Origin: Gammaproteobacteria bacterium
GTDB lineage: Bacteria > Pseudomonadota > Gammaproteobacteria > SZUA-229
Direction: 5' to 3'
Assembly: GCA_041589175.1 (NCBI GenBank)
Contig: JBFHWF010000001.1
Location: 3,798 to 67,797 of the forward strand
DNA length: 64,000 bases
In this document: piece by piece, positions 9,025 to 19,098 of the stretch
Layout: every line of letters begins with the position of its first letter
How positions within the stretch are numbered: position 1 is the stretch's first letter
Notes under the pieces: generated by a model
Database searches by the model: none
Seen by the model: only the letters and a program-made list of their open reading frames with translations
Told to the model about the DNA's origin: nothing
Program-made: the position numbers and the translations under genes

Positions 9025-9095
9025 AAGGGAAGGCTCCTCTAGGAATGCACTGATAGTAAACGCACAGTTTGCGTAGCCAGATGCAATGTGTCAAA

Positions 9096-9710
9096 TCAAC
9101 ACAGGCTTAGCATGGCCTCATGCTGCTGAATAAGTCTGATAGCCTGCTTCAGCAGAGTTTTTCCCGGCTCAGTAACAGGCCATCGGGAAACACCAGAAGG
9201 GTGGGGCAGTGGAATCACATCAAATTGAAGGTTATGGCTGTTTACAGGGTGGCATTGACCAATCACATCGCTGAGTGTGTTGCACCGTATGAAATGCTTG
9301 ATAGCCAGTTTGCCAACCGGAATCACCAGCCTGGGGCGTAATAGCTGAAGCTCCTGCTTTAACCAGTGGCTGCAGTTTTCGATCTCCACCGCACTGGGCA
9401 CACGATCGCCACCTGATTGGCTGGCAGGTTTACCCGGGTAGCAGCGGCAGATAGCACTCATATAAATGTGTTGCCGAAACCAGTTCTCTTCAATATCAAT
9501 GTCGGCGAACCATTTGAATAGCGTTTTACCTGCAGTCCAGGCGAAGGGGCGGTGTTGTTCAATTTCACGAGAGCCAGGTGCCTGGCCAATCAGCATGATG
9601 GGTGAGTGACAGGCTTCACCATAAACCGGTGGCCCCGTCATATCAGGGCAACGTTTGCACTGGCCGAGAGCGTGTTGATGCTGACGAAGTTTGAGTGGGA
9701 TGTTGTCCAT
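9096..9710 (-). CDS. Uracil-DNA glycosylase family protein (family 4/5-like)
   Basis: 204 aa. The catalytic-loop motif is 'LIGQAPGSRE' and the C-terminal motif is 'LPHPSG'. N-terminal cysteines 'CKRCP' are consistent with Fe-S-type UDGs. Confidence 0.75.
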   Translation of the reverse strand: MDNIPLKLRQHQHALGQCKRCPDMTGPPVYGEACHSPIMLIGQAPGSREIEQHRPFAWTAGKTLFKWFADIDIEENWFRQHIYMSAICRCYPGKPASQSGGDRVPSAVEIENCSHWLKQELQLLRPRLVIPVGKLAIKHFIRCNTLSDVIGQCHPVNSHNLQFDVIPLPHPSGVSRWPVTEPGKTLLKQAIRLIQQHEAMLSLC

Positions 9711-9754
9711 CGGGCCTTTATAAAAACAAAGGCCCGCGGATGCAAGTGCTGGTT

Positions 9755-10018
9755 TTAGATTTGATGTCCAGAGTGAGGATCTGTGTCCTGAAAGAATTGC
9801 TTACGAAACACACAGGCGATCCAGAACATGAAGGTGTAAAACAGTCCACCCAGAGCAATGACACTCAGCATGGTTTCCTGAGATTCGCGTTGCTGGATAT
9901 TTTCATAGGTGCCGGTAATGACCATATAAGTTGTGACAATGGTCACTACGAGTCCTAATAGCATATTGGCACGCAGGACTTTCTGCAGTTTATCCAGTTT
10001 TGAATCACTTAAAAACAT
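9755..10018 (-). CDS. Small two-TM membrane protein, hypothetical
   Basis: 87 aa with two hydrophobic segments ('LLGLVVTIVTTYMVI', 'LSVIALGGLFYTFMFWIACVF'). It lies between the MCP and UDG genes on the same strand. Confidence 0.45.
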   Translation of the reverse strand: MFLSDSKLDKLQKVLRANMLLGLVVTIVTTYMVITGTYENIQQRESQETMLSVIALGGLFYTFMFWIACVFRKQFFQDTDPHSGHQI

Positions 10019-10109
10019 TTCCAGTCACTCCATCATTGATATTAAGGTAGTGCTGACTATATTGTTCCTGCCTGTCTGTAACATTGATACGCATCAATTT
10101 TACTGAAAA

Positions 10110-12143
10110 TTACTTAAAGGTCGATATTACCGTATCGAGGCGTATTGATACCTGATCCAGCTCCTTCTCAGCGATGTTAAGTGATTCAGCCCCCTGTGAA
10201 GTCTGGCTGCAGATAGTACTAATCGATGCGATATTGTTAGCGATTTCATTCGATGTGGCACTTTGCTGCTCGCTAGCTGACGCCACTTGAGTGAGAACGC
10301 TGTTAATATTATTGATCTCGTTCTTGATAGTGTTCAGTGCATTGGCAACCTCTTCAACCTGAAGCCGGTTTTTCTCTGCTTCATCAATGGAGGATTTCAT
10401 GGCATTGACAGCATTGTTAGCGCCCTGTTGCAGGCGATCGATCAGCCCCTTGATCTGGTCGGTTGACTCCTGTGTGCGGCTAGCGAGTGTGCGAACTTCA
10501 TCTGCTACCACCGCAAAGCCACGGCCCTGTTCTCCCGCACGAGCCGCTTCAATAGCTGCATTCAGTGCCAGCAGATTAGTTTGCTCGGAAATCTCACGGA
10601 TAACATCGAGTACCATGCTGATATCTCCGGTATCCGATTGCAGGGTTGCGATGACCTCTGCCGAACCCTGAAGATTATTGACCAGCATTCGAATGCCATT
10701 CAATGCGGCGGTCGATTTATCTGAGCCCGACTGGGTGTTCTGGTCAGCATGTTGAGCGGATTGTGCGGCGGTTGCCGTATTGCTGGCCACTTCCTGGGAT
10801 GTTAGCGACATTTCTTCAGCGGCGGTGGCTACCATTTCGGTTTCGTGGTTTTGTCGAGCAACATTATCGCTGGTGCTCTGGATGATGCTACCCAGATTTC
10901 CTGCGGTTCTGTGAAGGTCATCAACGGAGGACTGTATTTCACTGATGATAGTCTGCATCTGCTCGCTGAAATAGTTTACCGTGCCTGCGAGTCGGCCAAT
11001 ATCGCCAGCCCTGTCGGCATTCATACGAAGTGAAAAGTCACCCAGCAGAATATTGGTCAGTACCTGGTTAACCTGGCGTACGATGACATTGATCTGCTTA
11101 CAGGTAAACAGGGCAGCAGCTATGCCAACAATGAGTGCAACTAACAGAACAATGGCAATGTAAATAATAGATTGTCTGGTTTTGCTGATCAGCTCCTGAT
11201 TGCCATCATTGACCTGAGATTTCTGGTAGCTAATCATGTCATCGGCTTGAGAGGATATTTTCTGAATCAGCGGACTAATTTCTGATTTGATCAGCGTAAC
11301 ATCTTCACGCCATAGACCATCAGTGTAAACTTTAAACACAGCTGATATATGTTTGAAATAATCCGTGGAAATCTTTTCAAGTACGCTAAGCCCATCTTCC
11401 TGTTCAAAGGTAAATAAATCATCCTTGGAGACAACTTTTTGCATAAACTTGTTGTACTGCTCTATATAAATATTAATTTGTTCAATTCTTGATTCATTAG
11501 GATTAGACAGGAAAGTTCTGAACAGGGTCACGACTGTCATCCAGTTTTGCCGAAGGTCGTTCATATCCTGTAGAAATCGACGACGCTCAGCAGAAATGCT
11601 TTCTTCCATCTCTGAATCGATCATCGTATTGAAAATCTGCATGGCCTGTTGGTGGCGTGGATTAATTTCCTGGTTGGCTATCTTCAGGCCGGGATAATTT
11701 TCAATGAAGTTCTGATTAAGGAAATCGATCCTTTTCTGATGCTTGATAAACTGACTTATCAGGCCTTCGATATTATGCGCGGCATCAACCATATTGCTGT
11801 CTTCAACAACGGCGGGCAGCTGTTTGAATTCTGCCAGTGAAGCCTGTAACTGCTTGAGTTCCAGATTCAAACGCTTCTGCTCATCGGCAGATTTGTTAAT
11901 GATATATAGCCCCATGGTGCTGGTGGTCGACTGTATATGTTCTTTCAGGCTAAGTGCCGAGAGCATGGCCGGTTGTGAGACATCAGCAATACGCGTTGCC
12001 TGCTCCTGTAGTTGTAAAAGGCGAATGAAGGAAATTGCCGATACCAGGATGATGAGCAGGAGTACGCTCAGGAACCCGGCCCAGATCTGGTGCCTCAGGG
12101 AAAGTTTGTTGAATAGTGTCATCTGATAACCTTTATTATTCAT
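10110..12143 (-). CDS. Methyl-accepting chemotaxis protein
   Basis: 677 aa. It has an N-terminal TM, a periplasmic helical sensor, a second TM and a HAMP domain. The invariant signalling hairpin is '[35 protein letters not shown]'. Confidence 0.92.
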   Translation of the reverse strand: MNNKGYQMTLFNKLSLRHQIWAGFLSVLLLIILVSAISFIRLLQLQEQATRIADVSQPAMLSALSLKEHIQSTTSTMGLYIINKSADEQKRLNLELKQLQASLAEFKQLPAVVEDSNMVDAAHNIEGLISQFIKHQKRIDFLNQNFIENYPGLKIANQEINPRHQQAMQIFNTMIDSEMEESISAERRRFLQDMNDLRQNWMTVVTLFRTFLSNPNESRIEQINIYIEQYNKFMQKVVSKDDLFTFEQEDGLSVLEKISTDYFKHISAVFKVYTDGLWREDVTLIKSEISPLIQKISSQADDMISYQKSQVNDGNQELISKTRQSIIYIAIVLLVALIVGIAAALFTCKQINVIVRQVNQVLTNILLGDFSLRMNADRAGDIGRLAGTVNYFSEQMQTIISEIQSSVDDLHRTAGNLGSIIQSTSDNVARQNHETEMVATAAEEMSLTSQEVASNTATAAQSAQHADQNTQSGSDKSTAALNGIRMLVNNLQGSAEVIATLQSDTGDISMVLDVIREISEQTNLLALNAAIEAARAGEQGRGFAVVADEVRTLASRTQESTDQIKGLIDRLQQGANNAVNAMKSSIDEAEKNRLQVEEVANALNTIKNEINNINSVLTQVASASEQQSATSNEIANNIASISTICSQTSQGAESLNIAEKELDQVSIRLDTVISTFK

Positions 12144-12243
12144 CCCTGAATTGAATTGTTATGTATAAACAGTAAGTTATAAATTGTTCTTGTCATGTGA
12201 TTAGCACATATAGCTATTTATATAGACTATTTTGTAACAACCG

Positions 12244-14349
12244 TCAGCTGGTGATATGGCGGTATATATCGGCGACTTTCAGCGGAAGCTGGCGCACATC
12301 ATCAATTACTACATAGCGTGCCTGGCCATACATGGTCTTGAGGTAATCACGGCCTTCCCGGTCGATTGTAATACAGAAAGGATGAATGCCTTGCTGGCGT
12401 GACTCCAGAAGTGCCATGCGTGTGTCTTCGATGCCGTATTCGCCACGGTAGCCGTCGTAGTCTTCCGGTTTTCCATCAGACAGGGTGATCAGCAGCTTGG
12501 TCCGTGCCTCGATGGACTCGAAGAGCTGGTTGAAATGCCGAATGTAAACACCCATGCGGGTATAATCTTTGGGGCTGATATTGGCGATGCGTCCACGAAC
12601 TTTTTTATCATAAGGGTCTTCGAAGGTTTTTACCGGATAAATCTCACAACGCTTTCGGGTGTTGCCTGTGAAGCCATAGATCGCATAGCGGTCACCCAGG
12701 GTCTCCAGTGCCTCGCATAACAGCACCACGGCTTCCCGCTCTGCATCATTAATCCAGCCCTTGGTTGAGCCACTCATATCGACCATGAAAATCACCGCGA
12801 TATTACGTTCTTCCTTGTGCATCTTGGTGAAAATGTTATCAGACATTTCCATTCCACAGTGAGTATCTGCCCAGGTCTCTACCAGAGCATCGATATCGAT
12901 GTCATCGCCATAGGGCTGTTTACGAAGAATCTTATCTTCACCACGTAACACTTCGAAGGTTCTGCGGAGGTTCTTTACCAGCCCGGCATATTTGCTCAGA
13001 GTTTCATCAACAAAGCGGGTGTTGCCGGACGAAATTTTAACTTCACGTAAGGCGCACCAGTTTTTCTTGTAGCGTTGACGGCGGCAGTCCCATTCACGGT
13101 GCAGGGTTGCTCCTTCTTCATGGTAGGTGCCACTCCATACGTTTCCATCGTCATCGTTTTTTTCCGCCGGACTTACATGGTAGTGGCCATCACCCGCGGC
13201 AACCAGATAATCGCTGGGGATTTCCCCCAGATCCTGAATGATCGATGCCATCAGACTGTCGACCCCTTCGGGTGGTTCCAGTGGATCACCATCCAGCAAT
13301 AGCTGATAACTGAATCCCTCAGGCATGGTTTCATTTACAACGGGTTGGGCGGTTATCGATTGTTTTTCTTCCTCGCTCAACTGTTGTGCGGTCTTGCCTT
13401 TTTTTTCTTCAAGCATGTGTGCAATAGCACTGCGGAACTGGTCTTTTTCCCTGAGCATTCGTGCCTGACGTATCTGTTCGACCTGTTCGGGTTGCATCTG
13501 ACCGGTATAGTAATTCAGTGGTGGCGGTGACTGGTGATAGAGCTGATCGAGTCGGTCGAGTGTGTCCTGCAGCTGACATCCAGCGGTTATTTCTGCTTCG
13601 ATGCCACCCAGATCCAGTTGTTCCAGCAGAGTAAACCCTGCCATTTTACACAGGCGCTGGCTCTGCCTGTAGATGCCGGGTAGTTCCTGGCGAATTTTCT
13701 GATTGATACGCATCAGTTCCAGCAGCTGGAACCACTCCAGGGCATGTTCATAGTGCTGGTATCCCTGCAGTATATTGTGAAGGTCACGCCGCCAGGTGCC
13801 AAACCAGTTCTGTGCCCAGAGGTGTACCACGATACATTTGTAGAGCTGGAAGTTATCATCCTTGTCGCTGAAAACATTCAGCATACCGGGCAGGTAAAGG
13901 GTTTCTGTATCGGTACTAGTGACGCGCCCAGTATCCAGGTTAAGGCTTCTTCCGTGTAGCCCGGTCACGAAGTGCTCGAGCATAATGCTGACTTCTTCGA
14001 ACGCAATGCCGGTGAGTTTCTGGCTTTCGTGCTGGGCAACGTTTTCCAGTTCATCGAGTTTTTCGACTGCCGCATAAATACCTTTGTCGTCAAAGGCATC
14101 GATGGCCTGGTCCAGCCACAGGGCAATGGTATCCAGTTCCATCAGTTCGGTGGCTTTCTGCAGGCGCAGTGTGAGCTGGTAGGCCAGGCCACTGTTGGTA
14201 CTGGCTGCTTTCTGTACCAGTTCCAGCAGGGCATCCTGGGTTTCTATATCGAAGCGAGTCAGGTATTCAATCAGTGACTCACTGACTTCGACGAACATAT
14301 CGTCAAAGCGTTCTTCGATTTCCTGGTAAGTGAAGGGAGGCAGACTCAC
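12244..14349 (-). CDS. vWA-domain protein of the CbbO/NorD family
   Basis: 701 aa. The C-terminal von Willebrand A domain has a MIDAS motif 'FMVDMSGSTKG' and 'ITLSDGKPED'. It starts 9 nt after the CbbQ/NorQ-type ATPase gene stop. Confidence 0.8.
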   Translation of the reverse strand: MSLPPFTYQEIEERFDDMFVEVSESLIEYLTRFDIETQDALLELVQKAASTNSGLAYQLTLRLQKATELMELDTIALWLDQAIDAFDDKGIYAAVEKLDELENVAQHESQKLTGIAFEEVSIMLEHFVTGLHGRSLNLDTGRVTSTDTETLYLPGMLNVFSDKDDNFQLYKCIVVHLWAQNWFGTWRRDLHNILQGYQHYEHALEWFQLLELMRINQKIRQELPGIYRQSQRLCKMAGFTLLEQLDLGGIEAEITAGCQLQDTLDRLDQLYHQSPPPLNYYTGQMQPEQVEQIRQARMLREKDQFRSAIAHMLEEKKGKTAQQLSEEEKQSITAQPVVNETMPEGFSYQLLLDGDPLEPPEGVDSLMASIIQDLGEIPSDYLVAAGDGHYHVSPAEKNDDDGNVWSGTYHEEGATLHREWDCRRQRYKKNWCALREVKISSGNTRFVDETLSKYAGLVKNLRRTFEVLRGEDKILRKQPYGDDIDIDALVETWADTHCGMEMSDNIFTKMHKEERNIAVIFMVDMSGSTKGWINDAEREAVVLLCEALETLGDRYAIYGFTGNTRKRCEIYPVKTFEDPYDKKVRGRIANISPKDYTRMGVYIRHFNQLFESIEARTKLLITLSDGKPEDYDGYRGEYGIEDTRMALLESRQQGIHPFCITIDREGRDYLKTMYGQARYVVIDDVRQLPLKVADIYRHITS

Positions 14350-14358
14350 GATCGTAAA

Positions 14359-15189
14359 CTAGAACAGTGACGCACTCAGCTCATTGATTGCCGCGAGCAT
14401 GTCGCTGTCATCGGTGAGTGCCTGAGCAATCGAACTATGACAGGCATCAACGGGGTGTATGCCATCGGCGATGAGCTTACCGGCATGTACCAGCAGGCGT
14501 GTACTGGCGCCTTCTTCCAGACCGCTGCCTTTCAGGTTGCGAGTCATCTGTGCAAACTTGACCAGGCGTTGTGCCAGTTCCGCATCGATTGCCGCTTCAT
14601 TCTCGATGATACGGCTCTCCAGTTGTGCGTCCGGGTAGTCGAATTCCAGTGCGACAAATCGCTGGCGGGTACTTTGCTTCAGATCTTTGAGCACACTCTG
14701 GTAACCCGGATTGTAGGAAATCGCCAGACAGAAATCTTCAGTGGCTTCGAGTAGTTCGCCCACTTTTTCCATGGGAAGTACACGACGGTCGTCTGCCAGC
14801 GGGTGAATAACCACCGTGGTGTCCTTACGGGCTTCTACCACTTCATCCAGATAGCAGATCGCACCATGACGCACCGCGCGGGCCAGTGGGCCATCGATCC
14901 AGCGGGTTTCACCGCCGGAAACCAGAAATCGACCCACCAGGTCAGATGCGGTCAGGTCATCATGGCAGGATACGGTGATCAGCGGCTTTTTCAGGCGCCA
15001 GGCCATGTGCTCCATAAAACGAGTTTTACCGCAGCCGGTAGGGCCTTTGAGTAAAACCGGGATCTGCTGGCGATAGGCGGCGAGGAATATTTCAACTTCC
15101 GAGCCGACAGGCTCGTAATAGGGCTCATCGGTAATGAAATGCTCTTCGGGCTTCAGTGATCGTGCGTGATCGTTCATAGCTGACTCCAC
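14359..15189 (-). CDS. CbbQ/NirQ/NorQ/GpvN-family AAA+ ATPase
   Basis: 276 aa. Walker A is '[10 protein letters not shown]' and Walker B is '[11 protein letters not shown]'. It has the family-typical '[16 protein letters not shown]' and 'ISYNPGYQS' segments. Confidence 0.9.
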   Translation of the reverse strand: MESAMNDHARSLKPEEHFITDEPYYEPVGSEVEIFLAAYRQQIPVLLKGPTGCGKTRFMEHMAWRLKKPLITVSCHDDLTASDLVGRFLVSGGETRWIDGPLARAVRHGAICYLDEVVEARKDTTVVIHPLADDRRVLPMEKVGELLEATEDFCLAISYNPGYQSVLKDLKQSTRQRFVALEFDYPDAQLESRIIENEAAIDAELAQRLVKFAQMTRNLKGSGLEEGASTRLLVHAGKLIADGIHPVDACHSSIAQALTDDSDMLAAINELSASLF

Positions 15190-15389
15190 CGGTTATTTGT
15201 AGTTGCAGGGGGGAAACCGGTTACTGTTTGATTAGTTTGCTTTTTTACACTTCGTCCAGAATGTACCCGTGGTGCTTAAGAAAAACAACCGTATGCCGAT
15301 ATGGATTGATATAGAAAGATCTAAATGACACATAGATATCTTTTATTTTGACCGCCTTCAGCGCCGGTGGCACACCGGTAAGGACGGAA

Positions 15390-16517
15390 ATGATGGAAAT
15401 TTTTGGCCGACATTTTATGCCCCAGCCGCAGCTGCGTGGCAGTTTTGACACGCCTGCGTTATTTAAAAGCCCCGTGATGCCAACGACTCTGCCCGATACA
15501 GAGAATGGATTGCCACAACAGGTCTCCGCTCAACTGGCTAATGGCCTCAAGCATAATGCCTTCACACCGCAGGCGGTTGCAAATCGTGTCATTGATTTTG
15601 TCCAGCGTGCTATCGATAGTCGAGCGTCTGATGCAACAGATGCAGGCAAGCTGATAGCACAGGCGCGTGATGGTGTGCGACAGGGCATCGATGAGGCACG
15701 GGAGTTATTACAGGGTATGGCGGCGTTATCGCAAGATGTGGATGCGCAAATTACCGAAACCGAAGCGCTTATATTTGCTGGCCTTGATGAGCTGGCGGCA
15801 TCTGAAAGCCAGCCTGGCTCACAGGCAATTAGCCTGTCTCCTGTGGCACAACAGCTAAGTAGTCAGTATCAGCTGAGCCGGAGTTATCAGCAGCAACAGA
15901 CCGCGGCAATTGAGATCGTTACCCAGGATGGTGATCGTATCGAGATATCATACAGCGCCGAGTACCAGGAAGCATTGAGTGTCTCAAAAAGCCTGCAGCT
16001 GGGTGAGGGCGGATTTAGCGCGGAGTCACAGCAGTTTATATATCAGTCGCAACAGGTCGCTTTTGAACTGAGTGTGCAGGGTGAACTGGATGAAGGCGAA
16101 CGGGATGCCCTTGAAGAGCTGATGAAGGATCTGGGTAAAGTTGCCTCGCAGTTTTATGATGGCAATTTGCGTGCTGCGTTTAGATCGGCGATGAAGCTGG
16201 AGATGGATACCGATGAATTGAAAAGTTTATCGGTTGAGTTTCAGCAGTCGCAGCAGCTGCAGCAGGTGGAACAGTATCGGCGTGTGGCAGAGTCATTTGC
16301 AGAAACCCCGCTGGAGAGTGAAAGCACTGGTCCCGCTGAGGTCGTTGATGCCGTCTCGCAGTTGCAGCAGCTCTGGCAGCGAATCGATGAGCACCTGAAT
16401 TCGGAGGATTCGATTAATCAGCTAAAACGGCTGTTGCTGGAGATGGTTCACGACACTGGCGAATCGGAAGATAGCGAACTGGATGATTATATCGATACAG
16501 TGATCATCGAAAGTTAA
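15390..16517 (+). CDS. Acidic Gln/Glu/Ser-rich hypothetical protein (possibly DUF5610-like)
   Basis: The ORF is open from 15348 (TTG). I prefer the ATG at 15390 because 'AAGGA' lies 7-8 nt upstream. No signal peptide or TM. It has repetitive Q-rich stretches ('QQSQQLQQVEQ'). The family assignment is from memory only. Confidence 0.55.
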   Translation: MMEIFGRHFMPQPQLRGSFDTPALFKSPVMPTTLPDTENGLPQQVSAQLANGLKHNAFTPQAVANRVIDFVQRAIDSRASDATDAGKLIAQARDGVRQGIDEARELLQGMAALSQDVDAQITETEALIFAGLDELAASESQPGSQAISLSPVAQQLSSQYQLSRSYQQQQTAAIEIVTQDGDRIEISYSAEYQEALSVSKSLQLGEGGFSAESQQFIYQSQQVAFELSVQGELDEGERDALEELMKDLGKVASQFYDGNLRAAFRSAMKLEMDTDELKSLSVEFQQSQQLQQVEQYRRVAESFAETPLESESTGPAEVVDAVSQLQQLWQRIDEHLNSEDSINQLKRLLLEMVHDTGESEDSELDDYIDTVIIES

Positions 16518-16544
16518 TGTCGTCAAATGCTGTCTCAGCGAATG

Positions 16545-17951
16545 CTAGGCAGCATCATTGCCACTGATGACCGTGCCAGGAAGATCATCTTCCGTGTGCT
16601 GATGGTCTTCTTTGAGAAGTTCTTTCTGTATGCCGTCTTCGTCAATCGCTGCACCAAGGTGCCTGGCTACATTGCGCATGTCTATCTCGGCATTTTCCAG
16701 ACAGGAAGTGCCGCCAGGAGAGGGCGTCATATTAAAGATGGCACCAATGCCAGTGTCGATCTTGGCTTCACCCATCAGAAGTTTTTCATGGTCTTTGTCA
16801 ATCAGCTGTGGCCGAATACCACCGACCTTACGTGCAAAGGTGAGGTCGGAAAACTTAAGTGATGGAATAATCTTTCTGACGTCTTTGAGAAACAGAATTT
16901 TTCGAATTAGTGGAATTTCAAACAGCATGTTTTTGAACATGTAGTTTCGAATATCAGGGACTTTAAGCAGGTCCCATAATACGTTTGCTACCTTACGATC
17001 GAAGCGGAAAACCTGCAGAAAATCTGGCAGAGTTCTGAAGTTGTAGCGTTCCAGTATGGGAAGTGCCAGTGCGGTTGGACCAAAGCGCGTGGCGCCGGGA
17101 ACCAGGACATCGGGATCACCATGAATTGCGGCGAATGGCAGTGCATCGTTCTGCACCGTATAGACCTTACCGTTGAGTACATGTGGCGTAAAATAGTAAC
17201 TGCCGGCGATGGGAAGCACCGAGTAGTGGTGGCCATAACCCATGTCGTGTGCGAGTTTGAGGCTATGACCGCCAGCACATACCACCAGTGCTCGCGTGCG
17301 ATAGCAGATGCCATTGGTTTCAACGATAAAACCTTTCTCATCCATTTTTATATGATCAACATACTCGTTGTAATGCATGTCGACACTTTTTTCGGGATGT
17401 TTGCTGGCTTCGATTTCCGCCTGACGAACAAATGAGCGTGACAGGGCTTCAAAATTAACAGCGGTGTATTCATCGGTTGACCCCAGCGCAAGAATTTCAT
17501 CATCGCGGAAGTGCTCTCCCTTCATGGCAACAGCAGGCTCGATGCGTGCAATGGCTTTTTTATCCAGTAGTTTTAGTTGGGGATAATGTGGGCCAAACAC
17601 TTCATAACGCTCACGTAGTAAGTCACACTCCTTCTGACCGACTCCCAGCACCATTTTGGGGTATTTGAAAATAATATGGTGGGCGTCTGGCTGCTCGACG
17701 GCATAGTTGCGAAGCATGCTCGCCGCACGCTTCACCTTCAGGGCTTTCTCAAGGGTGTAGTTGGTTTCGATATCACCGCAATGCAGTGTCTGGCTGTTAT
17801 TGCTGGACAGTGAGTTGACCCTGGCTGGCGCTGCATATTTATCGATAACGCCAATATGACCAATATCGGTATAGCGTGTACACATATAAAGCAGGGCGCT
17901 ACCGGATACACCGGCGCCGATTATAAGGAGGTCATACTGATTTACTGACAT
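16545..17951 (-). CDS. FAD-dependent oxidoreductase, malate:quinone-oxidoreductase-like (Helicobacter-type Mqo family)
   Basis: 468 aa. The N-terminal dinucleotide fold is 'DLLIIGAGVSGSAL'. Blocks 'HCGDIETNYTLEKA', 'GKVYTVQNDALPFAAIHGDPD' and 'FNMTPSPGGTSCL' match my recollection of the epsilonproteobacterial Mqo family. The substrate is not certain. Confidence 0.6.
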   Translation of the reverse strand: MSVNQYDLLIIGAGVSGSALLYMCTRYTDIGHIGVIDKYAAPARVNSLSSNNSQTLHCGDIETNYTLEKALKVKRAASMLRNYAVEQPDAHHIIFKYPKMVLGVGQKECDLLRERYEVFGPHYPQLKLLDKKAIARIEPAVAMKGEHFRDDEILALGSTDEYTAVNFEALSRSFVRQAEIEASKHPEKSVDMHYNEYVDHIKMDEKGFIVETNGICYRTRALVVCAGGHSLKLAHDMGYGHHYSVLPIAGSYYFTPHVLNGKVYTVQNDALPFAAIHGDPDVLVPGATRFGPTALALPILERYNFRTLPDFLQVFRFDRKVANVLWDLLKVPDIRNYMFKNMLFEIPLIRKILFLKDVRKIIPSLKFSDLTFARKVGGIRPQLIDKDHEKLLMGEAKIDTGIGAIFNMTPSPGGTSCLENAEIDMRNVARHLGAAIDEDGIQKELLKEDHQHTEDDLPGTVISGNDAA

Positions 17952-18059
17952 TAGAGTCCCTGTGCAAAAAAGTGGGCTTAAAAATTAAACTCATTTTAGC
18001 CTAGATTGGGTTTGATTTGGGGTAGAATGACGCTCTTTGAGAAAACAGGTGGCATCATA

Positions 18060-18929
18060 ATGGCAATTCAGTGGTTCCCTGGGCATATGCACAAGGCGCG
18101 TAAAGAGATCAAGAAGATCATGCCCAGAATGGATCTAATTATCGAAGTGCTGGATGCCCGTATTCCCTATAGCTCAGAAAATCCCCTGGTTGCCGAACTG
18201 CGTGGTGATCGCCCCTGTATCAAGCTATTGAACAAGGCGGATCTTGCTGATCCCGACGTGACTCGCCAGTGGATAGATTACCTGCAATCGCAGCGAAATA
18301 TTCGAGCCCGTGCCGTGAGTCAGCAACAACCTGCACAGATTCGCAAGGTCATTGATCTTTGCTGTGAGCTGTTTCCCGGCCGAAATCTGTCAGTCAAACC
18401 CTTGCGTGTGCTGATTATGGGAATACCTAATGTGGGCAAGTCAACCGTCATTAATACCTTAAGCGGCCGTTCTATCGCTAAGGTGGGTGACGAGCCTGCG
18501 GTGACGCGTCACCAGCAGAAGATACAACTGGCCCCCGGCATTGAACTGATGGATACGCCCGGGTTTCTGTGGCCCAAGATTGAAAATGAGAATAGTGGCT
18601 ATCGGCTGGCTGCCAGTGGCGCGGTAAAGAATACAGCGATGGAGTTTGAAGATGTTGCAGGCTTTGCCGCTGACTTCCTGAGACGTGACTACCCTGAGGT
18701 CCTGAGAGCACGTTATAAGCTGGATGTTCTCCCTGAAGACGAATTTGAATTACTTGAGGCGATAGGCCGTAAACGGGGCTGCTTACAGGGTGGTGGACGC
18801 GTTAACCTGCATAAGGCTTCTGAAATTCTGTTACATGATCTGAGGGGAGGTCAGCTGGGGCTTATTAGCCTGGAAACGCCAGAGCAGGTAGAGCTTGAAC
18901 TGACTGCACTGCATAGCCCACCTTTATAA
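18060..18929 (+). CDS. rbgA: Ribosome biogenesis GTPase A (YlqF/RbgA)
   Basis: The ORF is open from 18006. I chose the start at 18060 ('MAIQWFPGHMHKA', the canonical RbgA N-terminus). It has the circularly permuted GTPase order: G4 'LLNKADL' precedes G1 'GIPNVGKST' and G3 'DTPG'. Confidence 0.85.
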   Translation: MAIQWFPGHMHKARKEIKKIMPRMDLIIEVLDARIPYSSENPLVAELRGDRPCIKLLNKADLADPDVTRQWIDYLQSQRNIRARAVSQQQPAQIRKVIDLCCELFPGRNLSVKPLRVLIMGIPNVGKSTVINTLSGRSIAKVGDEPAVTRHQQKIQLAPGIELMDTPGFLWPKIENENSGYRLAASGAVKNTAMEFEDVAGFAADFLRRDYPEVLRARYKLDVLPEDEFELLEAIGRKRGCLQGGGRVNLHKASEILLHDLRGGQLGLISLETPEQVELELTALHSPPL

Positions 18930-19098
18930 GTATTTATCGATTTTCCTAAACGGCTAATTGATGCCTCCCCCTCACTACCACCCACTCTGGTGAAATCCGG
19001 ATATTTTTACTGATCTGTACTATACATACATACAGTGATGGGCCCTCTAAGGGCAGACTGAAATAATTCATAAAAATATTAATAACTGGATTTCAAAG

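Noticed and set aside
12244-15189. Calling the AAA+/vWA pair a Rubisco activase (cbbQ/cbbO) and inferring autotrophy.
   Set aside because: No Rubisco, carboxysome or Calvin-cycle gene is in the window. NorQ/NorD and NirQ/O are indistinguishable from CbbQ/O by eye. Only the family-level call is supported.
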